Source: Hamiltosporidium tvaerminnensis FI-OER-3-3 | Taxonomy: Eukaryota; Fungi; Microsporidia | Assembly: GCA_022605425.2 (NCBI GenBank) | Contig: CM061250.1 | Location: 806,001 to 870,000 of the forward strand | Direction of reading: 5' to 3' | DNA length: 64,000 nucleotides | Shown here: positions 36,958 to 49,116 of the stretch, one piece after another | Layout: each line of letters begins with the position of its first letter | Position numbering within the stretch: position 1 is the first letter of the stretch | Made by a program: the position numbers and the translations under genes | The notes under the pieces: model-generated | Seen by the model: the letters and a program-made list of their open reading frames with translations, nothing else | Databases searched by the model: none | What the model was told of the DNA's origin: nothing

Positions 36958-39900
36958 ATTAATAGGTTGACATCTTCATTTATGAAACGATCTGATTAAC
37001 GGATTTTAAATAATAATTAAAATTTATCTTACAATTTTCGTAAAAATTTACGGTTTATCAAAAAAGCTCAAAAACCATTATATTAGACCTATAGCCTTGA
37101 TTTGCAATTAAAATTTTTTTTGAAATAAAAAAACACAAATAAATTTTAAAAAATATTTTTATACGATCTAAATCAATTAAAAAAATTATCCACATAAAAC
37201 CTACCGATAAGATATTAGGTTATGAAATTACAATTTACATAAATTATTATGATTATTGTTGAATGAACTAGAATTTCTGTTGCTACTGGTAATATGTATA
37301 AATACGAGATTGTCTAGAGAATAATGAAACTTTTCCCAGAAAAAGAGTTTAATTTGTTTAATCTATCTTGATTGTAGTGTAAAACAAAAAATTAGATCCG
37401 AAGCAAAAGTATAGAAATCTAGCCTTGTTTCGTACTGATTAGAATACATGGCGCCTCAGTAATACAAAATTAATATTTTTTTAATAGCAGAAAATCTAAT
37501 ATGAGGGATAAAAGTATTAATATGACATTTCAGTATCTAGGAAAGCTTATGTATATCTCAAAAATATATATTGGTTTGATTCATTCTTTTTAAAAGGTTC
37601 TAAGTAAATGGGATTGTGCAAGTATTTGGTGATCCAAAACAGAGTTCGAGCCGCAATCAATTTTATGAAACATATATTAAAAAAACGAGAAACTGTGAAG
37701 TTCATAAAACAATATAGTATTGATTTATGAATTTTTGAAATATAATTTAGTAGGGTGATAGCCAGATAACTTGGAGACTCATTTATCTATTAAAAGCAAA
37801 AACTGCTTTGATGTTCCAAAAAAAATAAAAAATATACCGCTTTTATACAATAATTTGATTTTTTAGATAAAAAAATATTTCGATCGCAAAATTTTAACAA
37901 TTTGTACTATAACTAAAAATTCTTTATTAGCAATCCTGTTCTATGGCATAACCTAAGAAATATACTACCATGGTAGTTCACGGGCTACTATCTCAGATGT
38001 GGAAGTTTAACAAGAGAATTTCATGCAAGTATCAAACAACAATATTATTAAAAGTTTCCGGCACTTCATCTTTTTTGAATAAAATTTTTTTATAAATTTT
38101 TATTCTCGCATCAAAAGTCTTATAATACATAATGTCCGTTCAATTCACGAATCTCGTTTATTAAATATATACTGAATTTCTTCATTTTTTCTCACGATAT
38201 GAGTTAAGCAGTTTGTTCAAAAGCAGCCATATCATCAAAATTCCGTAGGGCACGGCTTCTCTGCGGTTTTTAGTCCCGTTTATAAATGTTTTTCTTCCAT
38301 ATTAAATTGATTTACGATCTAACGCAGGTAATAAGTCTTCGCAGTTCATATCCTAGTAACTTTCTTCTAAGCAATATATGGCGGTCTCACCGGCATATTC
38401 ATCGTCAAGTTATGGTAGCTTATAATTTGGGCTATTCTAGTCCATAGATTGTTTCAGACATCAACTTCTTCAAGCTGGCTTTCGCCATTTTAATTTTCAT
38501 TTTTTTTAGCGCGGTCGGATGTTTTTAAACAGGTAGGATTGTTTAATTCTGTTAGTAGTTCTTTTTTGAGCAGTTTTTTAATATTAGTTATAACCTCAGA
38601 GGGGCTAAAAGCAGCTTAGGATACAAAGAAATTGAAGAGCGCATAACGCGTTAGGCTGTGTTTCTAAAAATGAAAATATCATTGAGAAAATAACATGATA
38701 TTTTTAGTCACCGTAAGAAAAATTTTGGGCTTGATTTCATACATCTTCTAAATGGCTAAGTATTTTAAATTGTTCTCTCCTTCTCTCAAAATATAACAAA
38801 AACTTCCGGATTAACATCATTTAGATGTATAAAAAATTGCTGTTTTGCGATGTGAATTTCTATTTGGGCATATAACACACACGCAGTAAAACCCTTTTGA
38901 TTTTAAAGCTTCTGGGATTTTTTGCCTTGTAAATAAATACTAGCTTCCTGCGTATGATACCAAACTTAACAAATAATACAAGTGGCTTAAATTTTAAATG
39001 TCTCGAAAGCCACTGATTCCTGTTTTTTAAAAAGATATTTGTTTTGTAAGTAAATTTTTCTATTTAGGCTAGATTTATATCTACCTGGTTCCCATTCAGG
39101 ATCGTACTTCTCCCCTGAAAGAATTTTCTATCTGGTTTTTAATGTATTCTCTTGTATTGTGGCTAGTCATTGCCATAGCTTCATTGACAATGACAAAGCT
39201 CTCCAGGTCTTAACCCTTTTTAACTTTCTAATCCAATCTTTTCTCGCCTTTAGATATGTAAAATCCCAGGAAAAATATTCCCAGAGGGTTCAAGACAATT
39301 AACGCTATTCGCCGCATATGTTTCTCCTAGATTACTTTTTATCACTACGAAATACTTCCCCGTGAACCGGATAAATTCAAGACGTCACAAAGATTGCAGC
39401 ATACTTAGCTTTGATTACGAATTGCCACAATTCGCTTGCGTTCTTTTAAAAGACCGTATCTGGTAATCTGATGCTTTTTTTACAAATTAAGCGAAATAAA
39501 GCGTTATTCATGTGGAAATTATGTGCAAATAGACCGAATATTTCACAATGTTAAATCGTATTCAAAACAGTTAATCTTTCTTGAATGTTTAGATACTTTC
39601 TACTGCAGTTTGATATCGAAAAGACCAAGAAATAGAAACTAATTTGGTACTTATATATCTAAAAATAAATATATGCTGCTAACGAACCATTTATAAATCA
39701 AAAATATTCTTAGTCTTGAGATGCGGGAAAAGATGGGTTTGAAAGAACAGCTATGAGGGCAGAACCAAATCTTTGAGTTAATTGCAAGATGTTGCGAAAA
39801 ATTTAAAATTAAAAATCTAGATAGAGTGAAGCTTCGGAATCGGACCGAAAAATTTGGGATTACCTTAATACATTTGCTTATAGATAGATTGAATTTTTTA

Positions 39901-40202
39901 AATCGATCAGACTGGGATATACTTAGAATCATATAAAAAAGGTGATATACTAAATAATAGGTTTTAAATACAGGAATCGGGTTCTTCTATCATATTTACG
40001 AATCTTATTAGCAATTTTTAGCAAAATAATACTACATTGCGTTTTTTTAAAGTATAATCAAATTCTTTTACTAATTATGTAAATTTTCAATTTAGTAACA
40101 TACATCAAGCAATTAAAGATAAGCGTATATTTTAATTTTTTAGATGATTCATAAATTCTAGTTTAAAACAAAAAATTAAAGCTTTATTATATTCAGAAAA
40201 AC

Positions 40203-40930
40203 GGGTGGAGGGAGGATAACCACATAAAAAACTTTCTGCTTGGCAATGAGTGTGTGAAACTGATGTGAGGTCATTGTTTGGATTTTTGGTGGGAATAAAA
40301 CCACACTACATCTTCGGTTGTTCCATGGGAGTTGTTATGAGGAGGAGAGGTCTACGAAATGGCGAAACTTTTTCTACAAATTTATTTGTAGTTTTTTATG
40401 TAACCAGATTACAGACCGCAGCTGAACATGTAGGTAATTGCCATGTAAAAGCATGGAAACCTAGCCTTGCTCACTCGGGTTAGAAGACTTAGCGCCTGGG
40501 AGATATAAAAATAAAACCCATTAAAAGCCAGGAGAGCTAAGTAGCAGGTTATACCTGTTGGTATGACATTGCACTGTCTAGGTGAACCCCGTGTAAGTCT
40601 ATGAAATATATCTTAGCTAGAAGTTTATTGGGTTCAGAAAGTGTAGAGTAAGTGGGAATACTGCATAGTCTTGGGGAGCTTAGGAGGGGTCTCAACCTAA
40701 GATACCAATCTATGCAGCGGACACCATCGAACTTTTGATAACTGCCTCGCCATTCAATTAGGTTCTACACGCCTGGTAGATGAAAGGCTTTGGGACGTAG
40801 GTATCGCAGGGGTTACCGATGGAGTGTTGGGGTAGCAGTCATTTATGTTAAACCTAGAACTGCGTTAATGTCATGAAAACAAATATAACACTTGCCACTA
40901 TTTTAAAAAGATGTGATACTTTTAAATAAA
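40203..40930 (+). mobile_element. ~730-bp SINE-like family, young copy with perfect 18-bp TSD
   Basis: tattatattcagaaaaac at 40185-40202 and 40931-40948; 3' end gatacttttaaataaa. Confidence 0.95.
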
Positions 40931-43839
40931 TATTATATTCAGAAAAACTATTTTTTGAAAACATACTAAACTTTTAAAGTGAGAAATGAATGTTTAGCGA
41001 AAAAAGATAATTTAAAAAGTTTTTTTAATCTATCGCTTAATAAAATGCTTATAACGAAAAGACGCTAGATAATATGCTGATTTTAGGTAAAGTTTTATTA
41101 ATAGTTATATGAGATACAAAAATGTATTAATTTAAAATGTTGGGCATAGAAGTTGAAACTATACAAATTCATTATACAACCGAATAAAAAAATATTGTAA
41201 CTTTATCGCTCCACGAATTTTGAACTAAATAAAATAAGCGATAAAAATATTTTATATAAATGGTTTTCTCAGTCTAACTTTTTCAAAATGAAGTTAAGGT
41301 CTTTTTCTTATATTTAATATTTTTTAGGGCAGAATATATTGTATTTTTCATGTAAAATATTCTAAAAAGTGCAATAAGTTGGGCCAAAAGCAATCAAAGG
41401 ACTTAAAGGCGTTTAAAATTTCATAAAATTTACTTCAAAACAAGAATTCTGAATAAAAAACGATTTTAAAACCTAGCTCACATTTACTTTAAAAAGGTAA
41501 CTATAATTCGACAGGTGATTAAAATATATCATTGATAAACTAAAGTTCGTGGTGAAAAGCAACCATCGCGATTTTTCGAATTACATATTCATTTTTTGTT
41601 AGGATGAAACCGAGCGATAGAATTTTTTAAAAAACACCGCTGGCGATGTGAAATAATACTAATGTCGTTGATTTAAAGCCTACCTACATGGACAACCTCA
41701 GATCTTTAAGATGCAATTCAGGCGAAATTTCAAATCAATAAAAGAAAAAAATTCATATGAATAATATAACACACGGGTTTATAAACGATAATCCCGGGTT
41801 TCATATAACTCCAAATACTAATTTAAACCTCTATATTGTATTCGATGCCTCTTTATAACGAATTTCGAGATACCTAATGAAAAAAAGCTTTATCTTTTTA
41901 ATTTTCGCAATCTGTGCCTCAATTTTGCCAAATATACAGGACGTAAAATTTTTCACAAAAAAAGCTAACTAAATATATGCCGATTTCAATCTTTCTCTTG
42001 TTCTGAGAATCAAAAACATCCAGAAAACCCAGAATAGCCTGTTGAATGTAAATAGAAAAACTTTTGAAAACTCGAAAACAATCGTAATACCCAGCCTAAG
42101 TTGTGACTTTATTATAATAAAAAATATTTCATCTGTTGGCATTAGAAATAAATTGAAAAATTTTATACAAAAAAAAGGATTTTAAAATCGTATAGTTAGA
42201 AATACTCAAATTTTAAAGACACTGTATACCAAAGTTAAAATTCTTCGAATTTTAAATAGCATAATCTTTTAAAAAAAGAAACAACATTTATATTTTTTTG
42301 TAATGATTTCAAAATCGATCAAAGGTGAAAAGGTTTGCTAAATCGAAATTTTTTTGCCGAACTGTCTTTATATCGAAAAGAATCATGAATTTGTACAATG
42401 ATGTATAATACATTATATTTCTAGCCTGAAAATTCAACTCAACAGATCTAGTGCTATCAAATACAGATTTCGATAGCAACGGTTGATTAGAAAAGCAAAA
42501 ATGTGGTTGTAATGATAAATCTTGGAAATCGTATGCATAAAATGAGGGGAAAGCTCTACAATAGAAAGAAGAAGCTAGTAGAATCGTGTGTACAAGAATG
42601 GAACCCAGAATTAAATTATTAAGAATGTTTCCTTGAGATAATATATCGATTATTTAGGGTTTTATATATAGTTAACGTTTTTACCTTTAATGGGGCGTAT
42701 TTCATTATGATTTTTTTTTATTTTGAACTCTTTATGATCGCCTTTTTTTTCGTTATATATATTGATGCTTGTTATGTATTTTTTAGAATATGAGAAATAA
42801 ACTTAGCAAAAACACAAGAAACTAAGTCTGGACGAAGATTTATAAGGTGCTCTTGTATGATAATTTAAAAAATGAAAGGCTCAACTTTTGGATGCGCTTG
42901 AAAATAATTTTTCAGTGGTTTAGAATAACTTCGGCAATATTAAACAAGATTCTAATCTATTTATTATAATTTATAAATATCTATTCTAATTTAGGCAAAT
43001 TTTTAATTACATTTAAACTATATTATAAATTTTATCTATTAACATAAACCGCATCCATTATATTTAAATATCAACTTTAATAAAAACAATTCTATAGAAT
43101 ATTTACTTTGATTCATTAAAAATTTGTAATATATGAAATATTTCGTATATCTCAATGAAGCATTCATTTTAACACCAAAATTTATTTGTTTCTAGAATCA
43201 TAAAAACACAAAGATAAACTTTGCGCAAATTAATTTCTTTAAGATATAATACAATATATTTTTTGCACCAAAAAATATCAAACGAGTCAAAAACACCATA
43301 GAAACTTGACCAGTAGAACAAAAAAATGGATCATTTAAATCGCTTGCAATATATTCAATATATTAATTTAGAAAAAAAACCTTTTTAAATATAGTAGTTA
43401 GAAAAGTTGTGATTTAAATAAGAAATGTATTATAAGTTAAAGAAAATGAAATGTTTTATTTACTAATTTACACCGAAAAATAGGCTAACGTTCTTTTTTT
43501 GATCTAATTTTTAGAAAATTTGAATATAATATCTAAATTGTCTACATAACATTATTGGTTATTGTTCAAAATCTCTTGTTTAATTATCTAAAGACTTATT
43601 TTATACCTTTGCATCCTCTTTAATATATTTGAATCATAGAAATGCACATATTTGATTAAATAACTTATTTTCTACGACTTAAAACTTTGTAATTTACTGT
43701 AATAAACCTTTTTTTAATTCTTATCATAAATGTAATCTAGATTTTGCATTTTATTTTTTATTATCTAAAACAATTATTTATAACAGATAAATTAAAATAA
43801 AAAATTAATATTTAAATTATAATATATTATTGCCCCAAT

Positions 43840-44349
43840 ATGGATATAAATTCAATATACGCATTTTCAGCAAAAGACAAGAAAGGGAGAACCATTAAAT
43901 TTAAAGATTTTCATGGAAAAGTATTAGTTATTGTAAATGTTGCATCTATGTGTGGATTGGCTGCTAAAACGTATCAAAATTTGGCAGATATACTTGAAAG
44001 GTATTACGAGGACGGATTGAGAATATTACTTTTTCCTTGTATTCAATTTTTAAATAAAGATACAGCTAACTTGGTGAAGATTGGTGAACAAGTAAATGAA
44101 TATTCAGAAAGGTTTATTTTATTTAATAAAATTGATATTTCTGGAAAAAATACACATGATCTTTATAAATATTTAATTGAAAAATCACCTGTTTGGTTTA
44201 AAGGTGTAGCTCTATCTAACTTTACAAAATTTCTCGTCGATAAAGACGGAAAAATTTTACATCGCTATGCAGCAAACGAGTACATAAAAGTAGATGATAT
44301 TAGATTGATGGAGGCTCTAAGTCAAACACAGAAATATAATAGTGTATAA
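43840..44349 (+). CDS. GPX: Glutathione peroxidase-family protein (Cys type, divergent active site)
   Basis: SIYAFSAKD..GKVLVIVNVASMCG..ILLFPCIQF..KIDISG..LYKYL..NFTKFLVDKDG; CCCC before the ATG. Confidence 0.92.
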   Translation: MDINSIYAFSAKDKKGRTIKFKDFHGKVLVIVNVASMCGLAAKTYQNLADILERYYEDGLRILLFPCIQFLNKDTANLVKIGEQVNEYSERFILFNKIDISGKNTHDLYKYLIEKSPVWFKGVALSNFTKFLVDKDGKILHRYAANEYIKVDDIRLMEALSQTQKYNSV

Positions 44350-44714
44350 TGTACAGAACACATATCATAGGTATTAAATACAAATAAATTGTAATTCTTT
44401 AACAAATTTGTATAAATTTTATTTTTAGATTTAAATTATGATAAAAAAAAATTGATTTTTTTCTTTTAAATAATTTTATTTAAGTAAAAGTTTTATAAGG
44501 TATTACAAGCTTTCTAAATCAAAATTATATATGGAATTACAATATCTGAAAATAGCTAAATCCTGAAATCCAATAATTTTGGTGAAAATTAAATAATTAT
44601 TAGTTTCTATTACGCTTAATTATTCCTAGCTTCATTTAAATCATAAATCGCGCAAATATATGACTATTTTTTTTGGACAAATATAAAAATTAAAAAAAAA
44701 ATATAATAATCTCC

Positions 44715-45450
44715 TATTTGAAAATCACATAATTTTTATTAATGTAGCAAGAGTTATTTTGGTTAAATAAATTAAAACTTTTCTATATTATAGATAAATA
44801 ACTGCTGTTTCAGTACTCTATCTGTATGAGCTACACTATTAAAATTCGCAGGCTTTTCTTATAAAAAATATTTAAAGCTTATTAAATAAGCAAGCGGTTG
44901 CTCGGTATTTTTTATTTTCTTTTGCTTAAAGTATTATCAAAAGTCAAATTCACCTAAAGTTTCAATTAGACTATCAGACCATACTTACTCTAAACATCCG
45001 GATGGAATGGATTTTTAGCTAAGATATATTCGCAACTCACAGGAAATTTTAGTGACAGGTTTGCTGTCATACCAACACACATAAACTTTCTTTGCTTTTT
45101 TGGTTTTTTCATGTGCCAGGTCTTTTAACTTAAATAATCCAGGCTAAATTTCTATCTTTTTACATGGTAATTACCTAAAGGCTACTCTGCATTTATATCT
45201 AGTTTCACATAAAAACTATCGAACAGACTAAGTTTTTAGAAAACGTATGCTATATTATTAATCCTTCATTTTTATACAGATTCTAAAAGAATAACCGAAT
45301 ATAACTAAGCATTCTATATTCAGGCTCTCTGTTACCTCTCTGTGTTAAGTAAAGTAGGTTATTACTCTACCAGAATCCAAAAAAGGATTTTCACACAGAT
45401 TTCATACTCTTTGCTTATCGATAGGTGCTAATAGAGTCATTGCCTCTGTG
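44715..45450 (-). mobile_element. Ancient, decayed copy of the ~730-bp SINE-like family
   Basis: Ordered matches ataaataactgct, acttactcta, tagctaagatatatt, tgtcataccaaca, ttttacatggtaattacct. Confidence 0.7.
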
Positions 45451-45646
45451 TATTAGAGATATCGAAATTAATTTTTTTAGTAGTATAGAAAATTCATTTT
45501 AATGATTTTTTTTAAATTCAGAAGAATAATTTGGTGTATTTTTGAGCCTTGGAAGTTGGCAACTGGGTATTTTCTTTACTAAGATACATGAAATTTTTAA
45601 TTACTGATTTATTTGAGACAGTTTAAAGTCAGATCGAGCCTTATAA

Positions 45647-46376
45647 CTTTATTTAAAAGTATCACATCTTTTTTAAAACAGTGGCAAGTGTTATATTTGT
45701 TTTCATGACATTAACGCAGTTCTAGGTTTAACATAAATAACTGCTACCCCAAAACTCCATCAGTAACCCCTGCGATACCTACGTCCCAAAGCCTTTCATC
45801 TACCAGGTGTGTAGAACCTAATTAATAGGTGAGGCAGTTGCCCGGAGTTCGTTAATGTCCGTTGCATGGAGTGTGATCGAAGGCCGAAGCCCCCCCGGGC
45901 TCCCCCAAGACTATGCAGCATTCCCACTTACTCTACACTTTCTGAACCCAATAAACTTCTAGCTAAGATATATTTCAGAGATTTACATGGGGTCCACCTA
46001 GATAGTGCAATGTCATACCAACAAATATAACCTGCTACTTAGCTCTCCTGGCTTTAAATGGTTTTTATTTTTATATCTCCCAGGCGCTAAGTCTTCTAAC
46101 CCGAGTGAGCAAGGCTAGGTTTCCATGCTTTTACATGGCAATTACCTACGTATTCAGCTGCGGTCTGCAATCTGTTTACATAAAAAACTACAAATAAATT
46201 CGTAGAAAAAGTTTCTCCATTTCTTAGACCTCTCCTTCTCATGACAACTCCCATGGAACAACCGAAGATGTAGTGTGGTTTTATTCCCACCAAAAATCCA
46301 AACAATGATCTCACACCAGTTTCACGCACTCATTGCCAAGCAGAAAGTTTTTTATGTGGTTATCCTCCCTCCACGT
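45647..46376 (-). mobile_element. ~730-bp SINE-like family, young copy with 14-bp TSD
   Basis: atcgagccttataa (45633-45646) and atcaagccttataa (46377-46390), one mismatch. Confidence 0.95.
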
Positions 46377-49116
46377 ATCAAGCCTTATAATAAACTAAAT
46401 CTAATAATTATAAAATTCTTAACACTTATTCGAGTTCTAAGTGCTTTTGATATTCTGAAAATGATATTTTCAACATTTAAATTTATATATTAAACTTACT
46501 ATTTTCGGATTCTAAATTATCAATTTATGATAGCATATATGACAATTAACATGTCTAAACTTCGAAAATCAAAATAATGTTTCGATTGAAGACATTTAAA
46601 AAATGGCTCACACTGATAATTTCTTTAGTTTCCCTTTATAATGATGGTGCTTTATGAAGGTTTACAATTTAAGCAATCATCATTTGGCGAAACTGCATGC
46701 AATATCCTTAAAACTTAAGATTTGCAACAGAATGATTTCTAAATTTTAATGACAATTTAAAAAAATATCTTTTCAAATATAATATCTTTTTGCATAAATC
46801 GTTATTAATCTTATAACAACTTAAAACTTTGCTTTTTATTAATGATTTGGACTTTTTCATACGTTATATCGATATAAATATGTAAATCATGGTGTAAGCT
46901 AAATTACTTTGATGAGATGCTGCCTTAAAAGTAGTTATCGTCATTTTAATAGACACAGTCGTCTAAAATATCAAAAATCCCATTCTTATAAAGTTAATAA
47001 CATGTTCATTATCTGTAAGATTCAATTTAAAAAGGAATTTTATTGTCAAATTTTAGACAATATTGAAAAAATTTCATTCCCAAGAGCCTTAATCTTTAAT
47101 TTTAAAAGAATGTAATCGTCTTCAAACGATTTCTCAAAAATAATTGATAGATTAAAATCAATGCGGCAAAAAATTGTTCTAAAGGGCACAAATTTGTTTT
47201 ACTTTTCTACAAAATGAACTTGAAATTTGCCGTAAAGTATACCGATCATAAACAATAAGCAGTTTCTGTTATTGTTTAGTTGACTTTCAAACAAATTCGG
47301 CTACGATACAATGCTATTTTTGGCTGTTTACAAACAATTCTTTATCATTTTGACATGAAGGTTATTAATATTGGTATGCTATACAATTACTCTAGAAATA
47401 TTGTACCATTTCTATATTCCAACAACTTTTTATTGAAATTTCTGCTGATGATAGAATCGTAAATTGCAACATTGTAATTTGCAAAAAAATTTTAGAATTT
47501 GATCTGTATTTATTGTTAAGAGCAAAGATTGAGAATTTACTGAACAAAATTTAATATAAAAACAAACCAATTCGTGTTTCAGAAGAGCTTTTATGAATTG
47601 ATTACCAGGAAATATAGTATTATGCTATTGATCTCTTCCCAAAACTTTCCCGTAGGTGCAGAACTAAAATACTAGAAAAATCCTCTTGTTTTCTAACGAG
47701 GTAAGTTTTAATTATGATTTGATTCTAGAATAATTCATTATATAAAATTATAAAATTTGATTTCTGGCAGAAGTTAAAGATATTTTTCTGAGCAACCAAA
47801 AATAATGTAAGAAGGAATATTCATTCAACTTATAAAATATAAAAAATAATAAAATCTCTGTATATGTTTATAAATTACTTCAAAAATATGTTGACCACCG
47901 AAGAATGTCAAGAAATTGAATATAGATATGCTATAAAAAAAATTAGAAATCTAGAAAAAATATTTGCAGTAGCTAATTATCTAAACAATCCAAGGTACAG
48001 GTAATGAATCAAATTAATCAAAACCATAAAACTTTTATCAATTGTAGAAAAAATATAAATTAAGAACATTGATTCAAATATTTAAGAATAATTTAATATA
48101 GAGAAAGCAGCTAAAACACCGAAAAAATTTTAAGATGTAGTGACGTTTAATAAAATCCCCTACTATGTACCTCTTATCTTTTTATTTTTATGGTTCGATT
48201 ATTAAGAAATATCATAAAAATAAGTTTTTGATAAAATATTATTTTATATCTGATGTGCGGATGGAGTGAAAACAAGTACACCCATAAATTGTAATGTATC
48301 GAACTCAAGCTAAAGTATTTTACAATTATTTCCATTCTTCAAAAATCAACCAAACCAATTTTTAAGACTTTTTAAAACATTGAAGTTTTAATAGTGCAAT
48401 AAAATTTTTTGTTAGTTAATGAGATGCTTATGAAATCTAAGAATATTTTTACTGGGTAATTGGCAAATAACATGAAAAATAAAGAATTTATTAATAATTA
48501 AAAAGTTGAGGCCAATCAGAAACCAACATTCGTCAAAAATTACGACCGCCCGTTGTATTCATCATTTTAGCAAGGGTAGAATGAAAATCTAAATAAAAGA
48601 TTTTTTTTATTCGTTTATAATTTTTAAAAAAGGAAAAAAATTGCCAAAGATTTATTTTATTTAATTTAGGGTTAGTATTTCTAATTCAACTAATTTTTCT
48701 CATTTTTTTTCACATTATATTTTTTGTTTGATCCATATTTTAATTTCAACATATTTTCTATATTTTGAGCCAATACTTTTATTTTGATACTTTCATCTAC
48801 ACTTTGAGGTTTTAATGTTTTGTTCTTTGTTTTAGAAACATATTTGTTATCAATGGCATATAGATGAAGTTAGGGTGAGTTTTTTGTAAGCTTTACTGCT
48901 TGTAGTATTATATTTTAATTCTCTTATCAGTTAAAATCAGATTTTAGCTTGATTTCGGTTCGCTCTATTGATTAAAAGAAATATTTACATTTGTTTTTTA
49001 TTTGATTACAATTAAATCCAAGTCTCGATTATTGCTTATACGACTTTCCACTGAAAGTAAAACTTATTGTGTTTAGTAAAAAAAATTTATTCCAAAAAAT
49101 ATAATGTATATGCTAT

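Noticed and set aside
37400-39950. Decayed Ty3/gypsy pol on the minus strand
   Set aside because: Only faint, out-of-order motif echoes (KYDPEWEPG, ILETQP, ELCFG); probably TE-derived but not supportable without a search.
40527-40549. SRP RNA helix-8-like string CCAGG-N10-AGCAGG in the SINE
   Set aside because: The inner 10 nt do not form the stem plus GNRA loop, and the motif is not kept in other copies.
40636-40895. RNase P/MRP P4-like pairing (gaaagtgt ... aacactt) in the SINE
   Set aside because: It lacks the bulged U and the other conserved regions; 6-bp complementarity is expected by chance.
45905-45975. Group I intron R/S-like motifs (agacta ... aagatata) on the SINE antisense strand
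   Set aside because: P7 cannot form: the S element reads tattt, not tagtc.
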